Positions 19,241 to 28,154 of a stretch of DNA of 64,000 bases are shown piece after piece. A program made the translations under genes and the position numbers. The notes under the pieces were generated by a model, which did not search any database, was not told where the DNA came from, and saw nothing but the letters and a program-made list of their open reading frames with translations. The stretch comes from a virus (Duplodnaviria; Caudoviricetes), in IMG/VR virus record IMGVR_UViG_3300014039_000032, positions 6,209 to 70,208 of that record; one strand, written 5' to 3'. The stretch's first letter is position 1. Each line of letters opens with the position of its first letter.

Positions 19241-19744
19241 TGTAGAACCGCAAATGGTTGGGATATCAACGGCTTTGGCCAACTCAAGGATGGTCGCGGC
19301 AACATCTGCCCTGTGACCATCATCATGCCTACGCTTGCTATGGAGGCCGAGGAGGCGGTCGATACTTTCACCGAGGACAACCAGCCCGATGTAGTTGAGA
19401 TGTTTATGCAACTGCTTGACAATAAAATCCATGAGGCCAAAGATATGCTCATTGAGCGCTTCAACTGGATTTGCTCTCAGAACCCAAACAGCGCCAAGTT
19501 CATGTATGAGAACCATACGATGGCTGGCTATGTGCCGGAAGAGGGTATCCGTTCGGCGCTTAAGCATGGTACGCTCGCCATTGGTCAGCTTGGCCTTGCT
19601 GAGACCCTGCAAATCCTGATTGGCTGTGACCATACAACACCTGAAGGCATGGAGCTTGCTAAGCGTATCGAGCAGCTTTTCAAAGACCGCTGTGCTGAGT
19701 TCAAAGAGCAGGAACATCTGAACTTTGGCGTGTACTATACACCT
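19241..19744 (+). CDS. nrdD: nrdD exon 2 (CRTANG...GVYYTP)
   Basis: GRGNICPVT, GTLAIGQLGLAE; 168 whole codons between the two introns. Confidence 0.9.
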
Positions 19745-20717
19745 AAATTTTCTTGGGTGGCGTAAGTGTGAGCTTACGAATAATTTACCTCACTAAACGG
19801 GCAAGCGTAATAAGCTGGTAAGAGAGGCTAAACCGGAAGGCAAGCTAATCCCGTAGGATAAAAATATTTTTCAAAAGTTAACAATTTGTTCATCACCTAA
19901 CACAAGTTTTTCTGTATAATTAAGGTCAAGAAGGGAGGCCGATTATATGGCTAAAAGAAAACTTGAGAACAAATTGATTTCCCGCAATTCAATATCTGAA
20001 GAACTTCGCAAAATTTCTGATAGTGCCAACGCCTATATCGCGCCGTCTGGCAAGGTTTACTTTGACTATGGTGGCGATATGATGTACTCAGCTAAGACGT
20101 TTGTAAACGCTCACAACGGCTATCTTTACATCAACTTTAAGAGTGTTAGCGGCAAGATGATTCAGCGTAGAGTCCATCGCTTGGTTGCTGAGGCATATTT
20201 GCCAAACCCAAATAACTTGCCGGTTGTTTGCCATATTGATAACGACAAGGCAAATCCAGACCTGTCGAATCTCAAGTGGGGAACAGTATCAAGCAACACC
20301 AAAGAGGCGTTTGATGACGGGTTGGCCAAGAACGATAAGGGTTGGGATGATTCGCAAAGTGTTCCAGTTTGTTGTTTTGATAGTAAAACCAAACAATTCC
20401 TGCGTTGTTACGGTTCTATTTCAGAAGCAAGTCGAGATACTGGCGTAACCAAAACCGGAATCATTTACCAGTGCGATAAGAGGCTAACCAAACGATTCCG
20501 TAAAGGCTTCATCTTCAGATATTTTAGCGATTTTCCTGAAAATATTTTTGTTCTCTAACGACTATCGAAAGCATAAGGCGAAGAAACATCGCCCCAACAA
20601 GCGAGTAGAGTAGGAGCAATCCGAAATGTGAGGGGTCTGCATGGTGGTTGCAGCTATGCAGACCAAGATATAGTCTAATCCCCTTTGCCAAATATCGGGA
20701 AACCGAGGGTATAAATG
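19745..20717 (+). mobile_element. Group I intron 2 of nrdD (IA2-like)
   Basis: P1 ACACCT/GGGTGG, GACTA at about 20560, AAGATATAGTCT at about 20666, omega G 20717; splicing restores YYTP|AENLC. Confidence 0.9.
19947..20558 (+). CDS. Intron-encoded HNH homing endonuclease (NUMOD1 tail)
   Basis: RVHRLVAEAY, VCHIDNDKANPDLSNLKW. Confidence 0.88.
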   Translation: MAKRKLENKLISRNSISEELRKISDSANAYIAPSGKVYFDYGGDMMYSAKTFVNAHNGYLYINFKSVSGKMIQRRVHRLVAEAYLPNPNNLPVVCHIDNDKANPDLSNLKWGTVSSNTKEAFDDGLAKNDKGWDDSQSVPVCCFDSKTKQFLRCYGSISEASRDTGVTKTGIIYQCDKRLTKRFRKGFIFRYFSDFPENIFVL

Positions 20718-21108
20718 GCAGAAAATTTATGCTATACTGCCATGCAGAAGTTCAAGGCGCGTTACGGTGAAATTCCTAATATTTCAGACAAGGAATTCTT
20801 CACCAACAGCATCCACGTTCCTGTGTGGCGCAAGGTCAACCCGATTGAGAAAATCGACATCGAGAGTCAGCTCACAGGATATAGCTCTGCGGGTTGCATC
20901 ACCTATGTTGAGCTTGAATCGAGCGTCAAGCATAACATCGACGGCCTTGAAGCTCTGGTCAACTATGCCATGGATAAAGATATCCCGTACTTTGCCATCA
21001 ACGTGCCGAATGACCTGTGCATGGATTGCGGATATACTGAGGAGATTGGCGATGCTTGCCCCATGTGCGGTAGCAAGCACATCCAGCGGCTCAGAAGAGT
21101 CACGGGGT
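20718..21108 (+). CDS. nrdD: nrdD exon 3 (AENLC...RRVTG plus first base of Y)
   Basis: FTNSIHVP, SAGCITYVE, CMDCG...CPMCG Zn site, RRVTG glycyl-radical motif. Confidence 0.9.
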
Positions 21109-21853
21109 TAACAAACCAGTTGTAAGCCCCTAAATTGTCGTAAATTTGCAACTTCTGCGTTGCAAGGTTCCTTTAATTGGACTCTAACAGGGTCAGAAAT
21201 CAAATAATTATTAAAGGGGTATCAAGAGATGAATAATTCAAACCTTGAGTTTAGAAAAATTAAATCATTGAAATTCTTATACGAAGTCAACGAGAATGGG
21301 ACAATCTTCCGCAATGTCAAGTCAAAGAAGCAGCTCAAAATCAAGCTGGATTACCATCACTCTGAAGCTGGCTACTACGTCACATTTGTTCATCTTGGTG
21401 GCAGAAGCAAAGACAGCAAAATTGTCAGGTGTATGATTCATCGCATCGTGGCGGAATGTTGGCTTGGAGATTGCCCCGAAGGCATGCAAGTCGACCACAT
21501 TGACCGCAATTCACACAATAACGACTGGCGCAACTTGAGATATGTCACCATCAACGAGCAAATGAAAAACCGAGACCATTCAAATATCTCGGCGACTGGT
21601 TCAGAGAATCTTGCTAAAGCAAGAGCCGAAAGAGCTATTGGCGTCGTGGCAATCAGGAACAATGAGCGTCATGAGTTCAAGTCTAAAGCAGATTGCGCAA
21701 GATGGCTTGGCGAGCTATATGGTATTGACCCCGAAAAGATTCGCTGGAGACTTAAACTGTATCGTAAACACGTATATGATTTTGATTTAATTTATCTGAA
21801 TGCAGAGACTGGACACGGCAGCTCTACGGAGCAAGGAACAGTCCGCGAAAGCG
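21109..21853 (+). mobile_element. Group I intron 3 of nrdD
   Basis: P1 GGGGT/GCCCC, P7 GACTG/CAGTC (GCAGAGACTG...AAGGAACAGTCC), omega G 21853; splicing restores RVTG-Y-LT. Confidence 0.85.
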
Positions 21854-21945
21854 ATTTAACTGGTAACTACACCACGGCGTTTAACAAAGGCAAACAGCAG
21901 GAGGTTGAGATGCGCGTAAAGCATGACGAGGTGATGACCGAATGA
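21229..21945 (+). CDS. Intron-encoded HNH endonuclease read through into nrdD exon 4
   Basis: IHRIVAECW, VDHIDRNSHNNDWRNLRY; frame runs through the intron core and shares the last 29 aa and stop of NrdD. Confidence 0.8.
   Translation: MNNSNLEFRKIKSLKFLYEVNENGTIFRNVKSKKQLKIKLDYHHSEAGYYVTFVHLGGRSKDSKIVRCMIHRIVAECWLGDCPEGMQVDHIDRNSHNNDWRNLRYVTINEQMKNRDHSNISATGSENLAKARAERAIGVVAIRNNERHEFKSKADCARWLGELYGIDPEKIRWRLKLYRKHVYDFDLIYLNAETGHGSSTEQGTVRESDLTGNYTTAFNKGKQQEVEMRVKHDEVMTE
21854..21945 (+). CDS. nrdD: nrdD exon 4 (..LTGNYTTAFNKGKQQEVEMRVKH)
   Basis: Canonical NrdD C-terminus FNxGKxxEVxxRVKH. Confidence 0.88.
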
Positions 21946-22481
21946 ACTATGCGGGAATCATCAAGGTCGACCTTGCCAATGGCATCGGCATCCGCACGTC
22001 ATTGTTTGTGTCTGGTTGCCAATTCCATTGCTCTGAATGTTTCAATCAAGACCAACAGAATTATAATGCTGGCAAGCCCTACACAGAAGCCACGATGGGT
22101 AAGATTCTCCAAGAGGTTGCCAAGCCGTATAACAGCGGCTTGAGCATCCTTGGGGGAGACCCCATGTGGCAAAACATGGATGGTATGGCAGACCTTGAGC
22201 GGCTATGTAACGCCGTACATAACCTTGGCAAAACCGTATGGCTCTGGACTGGCTTTACATGGGAAGAGCTGACCCAGCTTAGGCCAAGAGCCGATGCGAC
22301 GCAGCTCATGCGCTATGACCTGCTGACCCATGTTGACGTGCTTGTGGATGGCCGCTACGAGGCCAAGCTCAAAGACCCAACGCTGGCATGGCGTGGCTCA
22401 AGCAATCAGCGCGTGATTGATGTCAGGGCATCGCTTCATAACGACGAAATTATTTTATACAAGGAGGCAAGCAATGTATAG
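21942..22481 (+). CDS. nrdG: Anaerobic RNR activating protein (radical SAM)
   Basis: ANGIGIRTSLFVSGCQFHCSEC (CxxxCxxC), LGGDP, DVLVDG, RGSSNQ. Confidence 0.95.
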   Translation: MNYAGIIKVDLANGIGIRTSLFVSGCQFHCSECFNQDQQNYNAGKPYTEATMGKILQEVAKPYNSGLSILGGDPMWQNMDGMADLERLCNAVHNLGKTVWLWTGFTWEELTQLRPRADATQLMRYDLLTHVDVLVDGRYEAKLKDPTLAWRGSSNQRVIDVRASLHNDEIILYKEASNV

Positions 22482-22698
22482 ATTCTTTGATGGGAAGCTC
22501 GGCGGTTTCACGAGGTTGATTTATACAATCGACCCATCGAGCGAATTTGCACCGTATACCGAGCTACAGGTTGGCGATTATATCAGTCTGCCGCCTGACG
22601 CCCACGACTTTGACCAAGAAGTTTGGGTCATTAAGGAGCGCGTAGTCTGGCCTGACCAGATTGAGTATATATGCGAGAGATACATTTGGGAGGATTGA
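22474..22698 (+). CDS. Hypothetical protein
   Basis: AAGGAGG SD; coupled to nrdG. Confidence 0.55.
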   Translation: MYRFFDGKLGGFTRLIYTIDPSSEFAPYTELQVGDYISLPPDAHDFDQEVWVIKERVVWPDQIEYICERYIWED

Positions 22699-22700
22699 CT

Positions 22701-23321
22701 ATGCCGAGTATCACCAATGTAGAAGTTTATGGCGTTGAACGTGCCATCAGAACGGCAAAATACCCTAAGGCGGTTGAGCTTGATAGCTTGACCGCCGACC
22801 TCACCCAAGGTATTCAGGCTTGCTTATCTTGCGGCACAGGTGAAGGACATGACAATGCGCTCAAAGGCCCAATCGTCCAGTTTGACCTTACCATGAGCCA
22901 GAACGCATGGATGCAGGCCGAGCGTTACCATTGGTTTGACATCGTGTCCAGCCAGAGCAAGATGCACAAGGCTGCGGCGTTCGATCTCAAGCAGCAATGT
23001 AATCGCTATGTTGATAGCCGCATCATTGATGTATGCAATGAGAAGATTGCCGAATACAAGCGGCTGGTTGAGCTCAACAAAAAATCATTCGACCATAAGC
23101 GTAATAGCCTCATCGACGAGGCCTATCTGGCCGTGCTTTACAATATCCCCTGCGGCTTTGAGCTTACGGCTGGAATGACCACGAACTACCAGCAACTCAA
23201 GACCATCTATCAGCAACGCCGCCATCATCGTCTCCCTGAGTGGAAGATGATTTGCGATTGGATTGAAACGCTCCCAAGATTCATGGAGCTTACACAGAGA
23301 GGAGAATCCAATGGAAATTAA
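22701..23321 (+). CDS. Divergent ThyX-like (flavin-dependent thymidylate synthase-like) protein
   Basis: GHDNAL, QAERYHWFDIVSSQS (resembles RHRxxSxxxxS), TNYQQL...R...RLPEW; lies between nrdG and dut. Confidence 0.5.
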   Translation: MPSITNVEVYGVERAIRTAKYPKAVELDSLTADLTQGIQACLSCGTGEGHDNALKGPIVQFDLTMSQNAWMQAERYHWFDIVSSQSKMHKAAAFDLKQQCNRYVDSRIIDVCNEKIAEYKRLVELNKKSFDHKRNSLIDEAYLAVLYNIPCGFELTAGMTTNYQQLKTIYQQRRHHRLPEWKMICDWIETLPRFMELTQRGESNGN

Positions 23322-23793
23322 AATCAATCGCCTGACACCCACGGCGCTTATCCCGACCAAGGCTTTTGCAAGCGATGCTTGCTTCGACCTCTACCTTGAC
23401 GCGCCTGACGCCATCTACCATGAATGGAATGGTGGTGTTGAGGTAAAGACGGCAAGAGGCATCAAGATTCGCCCCAATGAAACGGTGATGTTGCACACGG
23501 GCATTGCTATGGAAACGCCGATTGGCTACTATGCCGCCATCTATGCCCGCAGTGGTCTTGCTTGCAAGCAGGGGCTTAGACCAGCTAATTGCACAGGCAT
23601 CATTGACGCAGCCTATCGTGGCGAGCTGATTGTTGCCCTTCACAACGATAGCGCTGAAACCCGCATCGTGCATCATGGAGACAGAATCGCACAGATGGCC
23701 ATCCTTCCCGTGCTTGACGTGAAGCTCGTTGAGACAGATAATTTATCTGAAACTGAGCGTGGCTCTGGCGGTTTTGGCAGTAGCGGAAATTGA
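23311..23793 (+). CDS. dut: Trimeric dUTPase
   Basis: ARSGL, GIIDAAYRGEL, RIAQM, RGSGGFGSSG. Confidence 0.95.
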   Translation: MEIKINRLTPTALIPTKAFASDACFDLYLDAPDAIYHEWNGGVEVKTARGIKIRPNETVMLHTGIAMETPIGYYAAIYARSGLACKQGLRPANCTGIIDAAYRGELIVALHNDSAETRIVHHGDRIAQMAILPVLDVKLVETDNLSETERGSGGFGSSGN

Positions 23794-23849
23794 TACGTCA
23801 ACCAACTTTGCGTTGATTCTGGCCATCAAAATATAGATAAATAATCAAG

Positions 23850-23899
23850 AAAAAAATAGGGGAACAGGCCGATGCTTAATACATCTAACCTGTTCCCTA
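23850..23899 (-). terminator. Intrinsic terminator ending the late operon
   Basis: TAGGGAACAGG/CCTGTTCCCCTA stem followed by a T run on the - strand. Confidence 0.7.
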
Positions 23900-23904
23900 A
23901 AATT

Positions 23905-24435
23905 TTAGCTCTGAGGCGTTTCCTCAAGCGTGACGTTGAGCGTCTGGTCTTTGTCGTTCGTGATAGTGAGGTGCTTACCAGTATATCCCTCATATTCCAC
24001 ATTGACGCCATACTGGTCGCCAATGCCAGACAGCAGGAACGACTTGCTGCCTTCCTCAATCGGCGCAACCTCTTCGCTGTCAGCATCAACAACCTTGACG
24101 CCAGCGGCTTCAGGATCGGTAACAACCGTTAGGATAAAGCCATCCTGCAAGTTGACAATGCCGTCAACGACCTTGAAGAAACGGCCATCAAGGCCAACGC
24201 CACAGTTGCCACGCGCATAGACAGGCTCGCCAACCTCTTCGCCCTCAGAGTTGTGAAGCGTGATGACCTTGCTATTGCCGCACTTGGCAACCTTGAACAG
24301 CGCACCATCCCAAAGCTGGCCGCAAGTCGATACCGCGTTTGCCACATCCACAGACGTAGCTCCAGCGTCGCAGATGATATTCTTGATAAGCTTGAGGCCG
24401 TCGCCTAAGACGATGCCTCCACAATATCTTGCCAT
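23905..24435 (-). CDS. Hypothetical late protein
   Basis: 176 aa, AAGGA SD, same strand as the structural operon. Confidence 0.65.
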   Translation of the reverse strand: MARYCGGIVLGDGLKLIKNIICDAGATSVDVANAVSTCGQLWDGALFKVAKCGNSKVITLHNSEGEEVGEPVYARGNCGVGLDGRFFKVVDGIVNLQDGFILTVVTDPEAAGVKVVDADSEEVAPIEEGSKSFLLSGIGDQYGVNVEYEGYTGKHLTITNDKDQTLNVTLEETPQS

Positions 24436-24464
24436 ATATAATCAATCCTTTCTGTAAATTTTCA

Positions 24465-24878
24465 TTAAGCCTTGTCGACCCATGCCAACTGGCCGTCAAC
24501 CACGCCGAGTACCTTGCCATTAGACGCCGCTGTAATGGCGGGCAACACAGCCGCCGTCTTGCTATCGACATAGACCTTGGTTGCCGCATCTTGGCTCGCC
24601 GTAGGATTGGCAAGGCTGGTGATGCGATGGTTGTTCATGTCGGCCTCGGATTCAATCGCCACAGCCGTATCAGCCTCGCCACTGATGCTATGAACGCCAA
24701 AGATGGCATGGCCGCCAAGCTGTAGGTCGCCAGTCATAGGCACAGAGCCATCAGCCGCAAAGCCGCCATCCAGCACGTTAAGCACTGGACGGCCAAGCTC
24801 ATCGGTCGTATATTTGAATTGCGCGGCATTCAGCAGATAGCCACCATCTGCCGCGCGAATCGTTTTGGAATTTGCCAT
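24465..24878 (-). CDS. Short tail-fibre-like protein
   Basis: MTGDL..GG, ITSLANP...DAATKVYVD fibre motifs. Confidence 0.6.
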   Translation of the reverse strand: MANSKTIRAADGGYLLNAAQFKYTTDELGRPVLNVLDGGFAADGSVPMTGDLQLGGHAIFGVHSISGEADTAVAIESEADMNNHRITSLANPTASQDAATKVYVDSKTAAVLPAITAASNGKVLGVVDGQLAWVDKA

Positions 24879-24930
24879 AGGGCATCATCCTTTCTTAGAA
24901 TGAAAAATTTTGAAACAATGGTTAAGCGTA

Positions 24931-25878
24931 TCAAGCTCCAAGATATTTCAGGTAGACAGCGCTGGGGCCACCACCAATGGAAACGCCAGATTGAGTTACC
25001 GTATTTCTTCCATAGCCATAAATCTCTCTAAGCTCTCCATTAGATTGGTTGACTGCATTTAAAGTTGAAGAGTAAAACCCGTCTGTGCCTTTGTTGCCAG
25101 CTCCAGCCCCACCAGAGGATTTTGAGGCATTTACTCCTCCGCCGACAGAATAGGAGCCAAACGTTGTAGAACCAGCAGCGCCCCAATATCCTCCTCTTTG
25201 ACCCAAAGTGACGTTAATAACATCGCCCTTAGTTAATGTCACTGAGTCGTAAGATTGACAAGATGACCCTCCGGTATAATATGTCGTAGAGCTGTCATTT
25301 GGCCCTCCGCCACCACCATACAACTCAAGATAGTATCGACCTGTTTTGGGTACTGTCCAAGTCGTAGAAATATTCGATGTTGCATTGTTTGGGCCAATAA
25401 TATAAATATCTGTCCCGCCAGTATCTTTGCCACCAATGGCCGCGAAATAATAAAGTTGATTATTATTGTTATATTGATGCGAAGCATAACTGGAAGAATA
25501 AAACGAAAAAGTCTTACGGTCATTAAGATGTTTTATATAATACACTCCACCCGCAAACGTGTTATAGGTTTGCGTATATGACTCCGTAACCATAGAGGCT
25601 TGAATGATGTCCCATCCTCTATTTGAACTCGTCATATAAACAGGCATGAAAATAAGAATTGGTTCGAACGGGAACGTAATCTCGGTTGGATTTGATGCAC
25701 CATAAGTACCCGAACCAAAATAAAACCCCGTATACAGCAACAGCCCATTATCCTGAACCCATTGCTTAACCTCAGCCAAGCTCTTTCCTTCCAACTGCTT
25801 TGCATTATAAGCCAACGGCAACACATTATCAAACGAGTTGCCATTCCATTGTTTCATGTTTACATTGTAATCTGCCAT
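24931..25878 (-). CDS. Putative receptor-binding/tail-tip protein, low GC, Gly-rich C-terminus
   Basis: N-terminus paralogous to 25973-26488; YGGGGG and G-rich domain. Confidence 0.6.
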   Translation of the reverse strand: MADYNVNMKQWNGNSFDNVLPLAYNAKQLEGKSLAEVKQWVQDNGLLLYTGFYFGSGTYGASNPTEITFPFEPILIFMPVYMTSSNRGWDIIQASMVTESYTQTYNTFAGGVYYIKHLNDRKTFSFYSSSYASHQYNNNNQLYYFAAIGGKDTGGTDIYIIGPNNATSNISTTWTVPKTGRYYLELYGGGGGPNDSSTTYYTGGSSCQSYDSVTLTKGDVINVTLGQRGGYWGAAGSTTFGSYSVGGGVNASKSSGGAGAGNKGTDGFYSSTLNAVNQSNGELREIYGYGRNTVTQSGVSIGGGPSAVYLKYLGA

Positions 25879-25972
25879 AAAATTTTCGCTTCATCATGGC
25901 AATTCAAGAGAATCACGTTAGGGATTCTCAAGTGATGAAGGGCTGGGGATAAATTTGAAAGTTATGAAGGGG

Positions 25973-26488
25973 TTAGCCGATGGCGACGTAATAATAGCGC
26001 CCCTCAGAAGACGCTGAAACTTGTTGATTTAGCTGATACACCGCTGACGCTTTGGCCCCGCTCACATAAAAACTTATCCCGTCTTTTTCAAATGACACAA
26101 CCATAGTTGCCCCGCTGGTTATAATCATAGTGTCAGGATTTGCAGAATTAAACAAGAAAGCGTTTGTATCATTATGGTCTGAGTCCACAGAATCAAACCC
26201 TATGAGCCGATAATACATTACACTACTGTAATTTCCTACCGCCAGATAATACACATACACGTATTTCGGTCTGAACCCGCACGTAATCACCGTAGGATTA
26301 TTCTGGCCATACGTTCCCGTGCCCACATAACTTCCTGTTGCAATCTGAGATAACCCAGCCCTTGCTTGGGCTATAATCTCAGTTGCACCCCCCCCCCCCG
26401 CAAGGGTCAACGCTTGAGAAGCGTAGGGGAGGATATTATCGAAGCTCGTACCATTGTACTGCTTCATCTGAACATTATAGTCGGCCAT
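25973..26488 (-). CDS. Putative receptor-binding/tail-tip protein with G12 tract
   Basis: MADYNVQMKQYNG; ATGSYVGTGTYG..NP..ITCGFRPK motif. Confidence 0.6.
   Translation of the reverse strand: MADYNVQMKQYNGTSFDNILPYASQALTLAGGGGATEIIAQARAGLSQIATGSYVGTGTYGQNNPTVITCGFRPKYVYVYYLAVGNYSSVMYYRLIGFDSVDSDHNDTNAFLFNSANPDTMIITSGATMVVSFEKDGISFYVSGAKASAVYQLNQQVSASSEGRYYYVAIG
26388..26399 (-). repeat. G12 homopolymer inside CDS (in frame)
   Basis: 12 consecutive C on the + strand, encoding A-GGGG. Confidence 0.9.
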
Positions 26489-26512
26489 GATTTTAGCTTG
26501 ACCTCCTTTTCT

Positions 26513-27136
26513 TTATTCCGAAATTTCTTTCCAGCCAGCGGGATAGGCCGCAGGGCTGTATACATTATTGTCAATCAGGCTCTCATAAACCTTGCCCTCA
26601 AAGCGCACCTTGTCGCCCTTGGCATAGGCATCATGCGAACCAGTCGGCTGAACAAAATCCTTGATGTCGTCAGTCGGCGTATCAGGCTCAGACGGCTCAA
26701 CGGGGTCAGTAGAACTTTCGCCATCGTAGACCTCCCAGCCATAGACATCAGGTGCCCACACGTTGGCATCAATCGTGCTGATATATTTGACACCATTGTA
26801 ATCAACGATGTCGCCCTTGTTGTAAGCATCGGTTGCGCCACAAGGTTGCACCCACTTAGGCGTGCCATCAGCGGCCTCGCCAACCTTCTTGTAAAGGCTG
26901 GTTGCCGTATCGGGGGTATACTGCGCTTGGCTTGTATGGTCTTGAAGCACCTGATAGAGCACGGGGTCGCCCATAGCGTTCTCGCCATACTTGACCCATT
27001 CCTTGTTCTTGTACTTTACATTCACCGCCCACTCAGGGTAGACGGTGGCCACCATCAGCGCGTCATCCTCGCTGAGGGCCGCTACATAGAGCTGGAGCGC
27101 TTTGCGCATCTGCTCTGCCGCTTGCATCCGATTCAT
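26513..27136 (-). CDS. Protein with three CBM5/12 (chitin-binding-like) repeats
   Basis: W...Y...V.Y....Y repeats: YNKGDIVDYNGVKY, YAKGDKVRFEGKVY...W. Confidence 0.7.
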   Translation of the reverse strand: MNRMQAAEQMRKALQLYVAALSEDDALMVATVYPEWAVNVKYKNKEWVKYGENAMGDPVLYQVLQDHTSQAQYTPDTATSLYKKVGEAADGTPKWVQPCGATDAYNKGDIVDYNGVKYISTIDANVWAPDVYGWEVYDGESSTDPVEPSEPDTPTDDIKDFVQPTGSHDAYAKGDKVRFEGKVYESLIDNNVYSPAAYPAGWKEISE

Positions 27137-27468
27137 TCCGTTGCCTCCTCTTCATCAGTAGTGGTCGCCGTAGGGTCATAGCCAATCAGAGCATTGACAA
27201 TATCATCCGTGGTCGGCTCTGGCTCAACAGGCTCAGGCTCAGGATGCTCGGCGTCCCACTTATCAAGCGCCTCTTGGTTGACCGTCATGGACGTGACAGT
27301 ATCGCCATCGACCTCGAGGTTGACAAAGCCCTTGGCCTGACAATAGGTGTCGACATATTGCTCGTCACACCAGTAGTAGCCATCAGGCAGGGTCGCGCCA
27401 TTCCATGTTTGCATATTGCTTCTGCCGCCATCTTCATTGACGGCACTTGGGATAATCCACATTGCCAT
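27133..27468 (-). CDS. Tail-associated hypothetical protein
   Basis: Coupled ORF in the tail-tip cluster; acidic Pro-rich linker. Confidence 0.6.
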   Translation of the reverse strand: MAMWIIPSAVNEDGGRSNMQTWNGATLPDGYYWCDEQYVDTYCQAKGFVNLEVDGDTVTSMTVNQEALDKWDAEHPEPEPVEPEPTTDDIVNALIGYDPTATTTDEEEATE

Positions 27469-27485
27469 TATCCTTTACCTCCATT

Positions 27486-27731
27486 TCATTCCGTTACAAT
27501 TTGATACCACCACGTACCCTTGAGCGGATTAGTCGGCTGGGTGCTCGATACGCGCACCGTCAGGCTATCCAGCAACTTGTCAAGGTCGTCAGTGGTGGTC
27601 ACGCCAAGATTCGCCAGCTTGGCCACAATGGCCTCGCTCAGATGAATTTGGCTCGATACGCTCGACGGCTCAAGCACGTCATAATCCGTACCGTTATATT
27701 GCTTAATGGTAAAATCTTTGGTAGTCGCCAT
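27486..27731 (-). CDS. Small tail-fibre adaptor-like protein
   Basis: Shares KQYNG..D.L.P N-motif and S.TQP..G.WWYQ C-motif with neighbouring fibres. Confidence 0.6.
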   Translation of the reverse strand: MATTKDFTIKQYNGTDYDVLEPSSVSSQIHLSEAIVAKLANLGVTTTDDLDKLLDSLTVRVSSTQPTNPLKGTWWYQIVTE

Positions 27732-27755
27732 AGATTCTCACCTCATCTTCCTTGG

Positions 27756-28154
27756 TTATAAATCTTCAACGTTCTTAGGCTCGTTGAGAATTTCCGTAAA
27801 TTTCGTCGCCGCTTCCTTGATGTACTTGCAACTCGCCAATAGGCACACACCAATCACGGCGATATTGCTCAACACATCCGTGTACTCAGCAGGAATCTCC
27901 CAGCCAACCAGCGTCGCAAAGTTGGGCAGAGCAGTTGCCGCCACAACAAGGAACGTCAGGCCAAGCACCACGCTCAGCACCTTCCAGCCAGAGTTGATGA
28001 GCTTTTCGCGCTCAAACGGCTGTCCAAGTTGCTTGACGTTATGGTACAGGCCAAACGCCATATTGCTCAGGTATGAGCAAAGGAAAATGCCCATAGCATA
28101 CGCCATATTGAGCAGGTTGGCCAACATATTGTTAAGAAATTCGTTCATCTTCAT
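27756..28154 (-). CDS. Holin-like membrane protein
   Basis: Three hydrophobic segments; coupled to endolysin. Confidence 0.6.
   Translation of the reverse strand: MKMNEFLNNMLANLLNMAYAMGIFLCSYLSNMAFGLYHNVKQLGQPFEREKLINSGWKVLSVVLGLTFLVVAATALPNFATLVGWEIPAEYTDVLSNIAVIGVCLLASCKYIKEAATKFTEILNEPKNVEDL

Noticed and set aside
23826-24132. ORFs 23826-24125 (-) and 23872-24132 (+)
   Set aside because: Shadow frames of 23905-24435 that overlap the terminator.
24931-26488. Complete DGR or shufflon
   Set aside because: No reverse transcriptase, no template/variable repeat pair and no inverted cassettes seen in the window.
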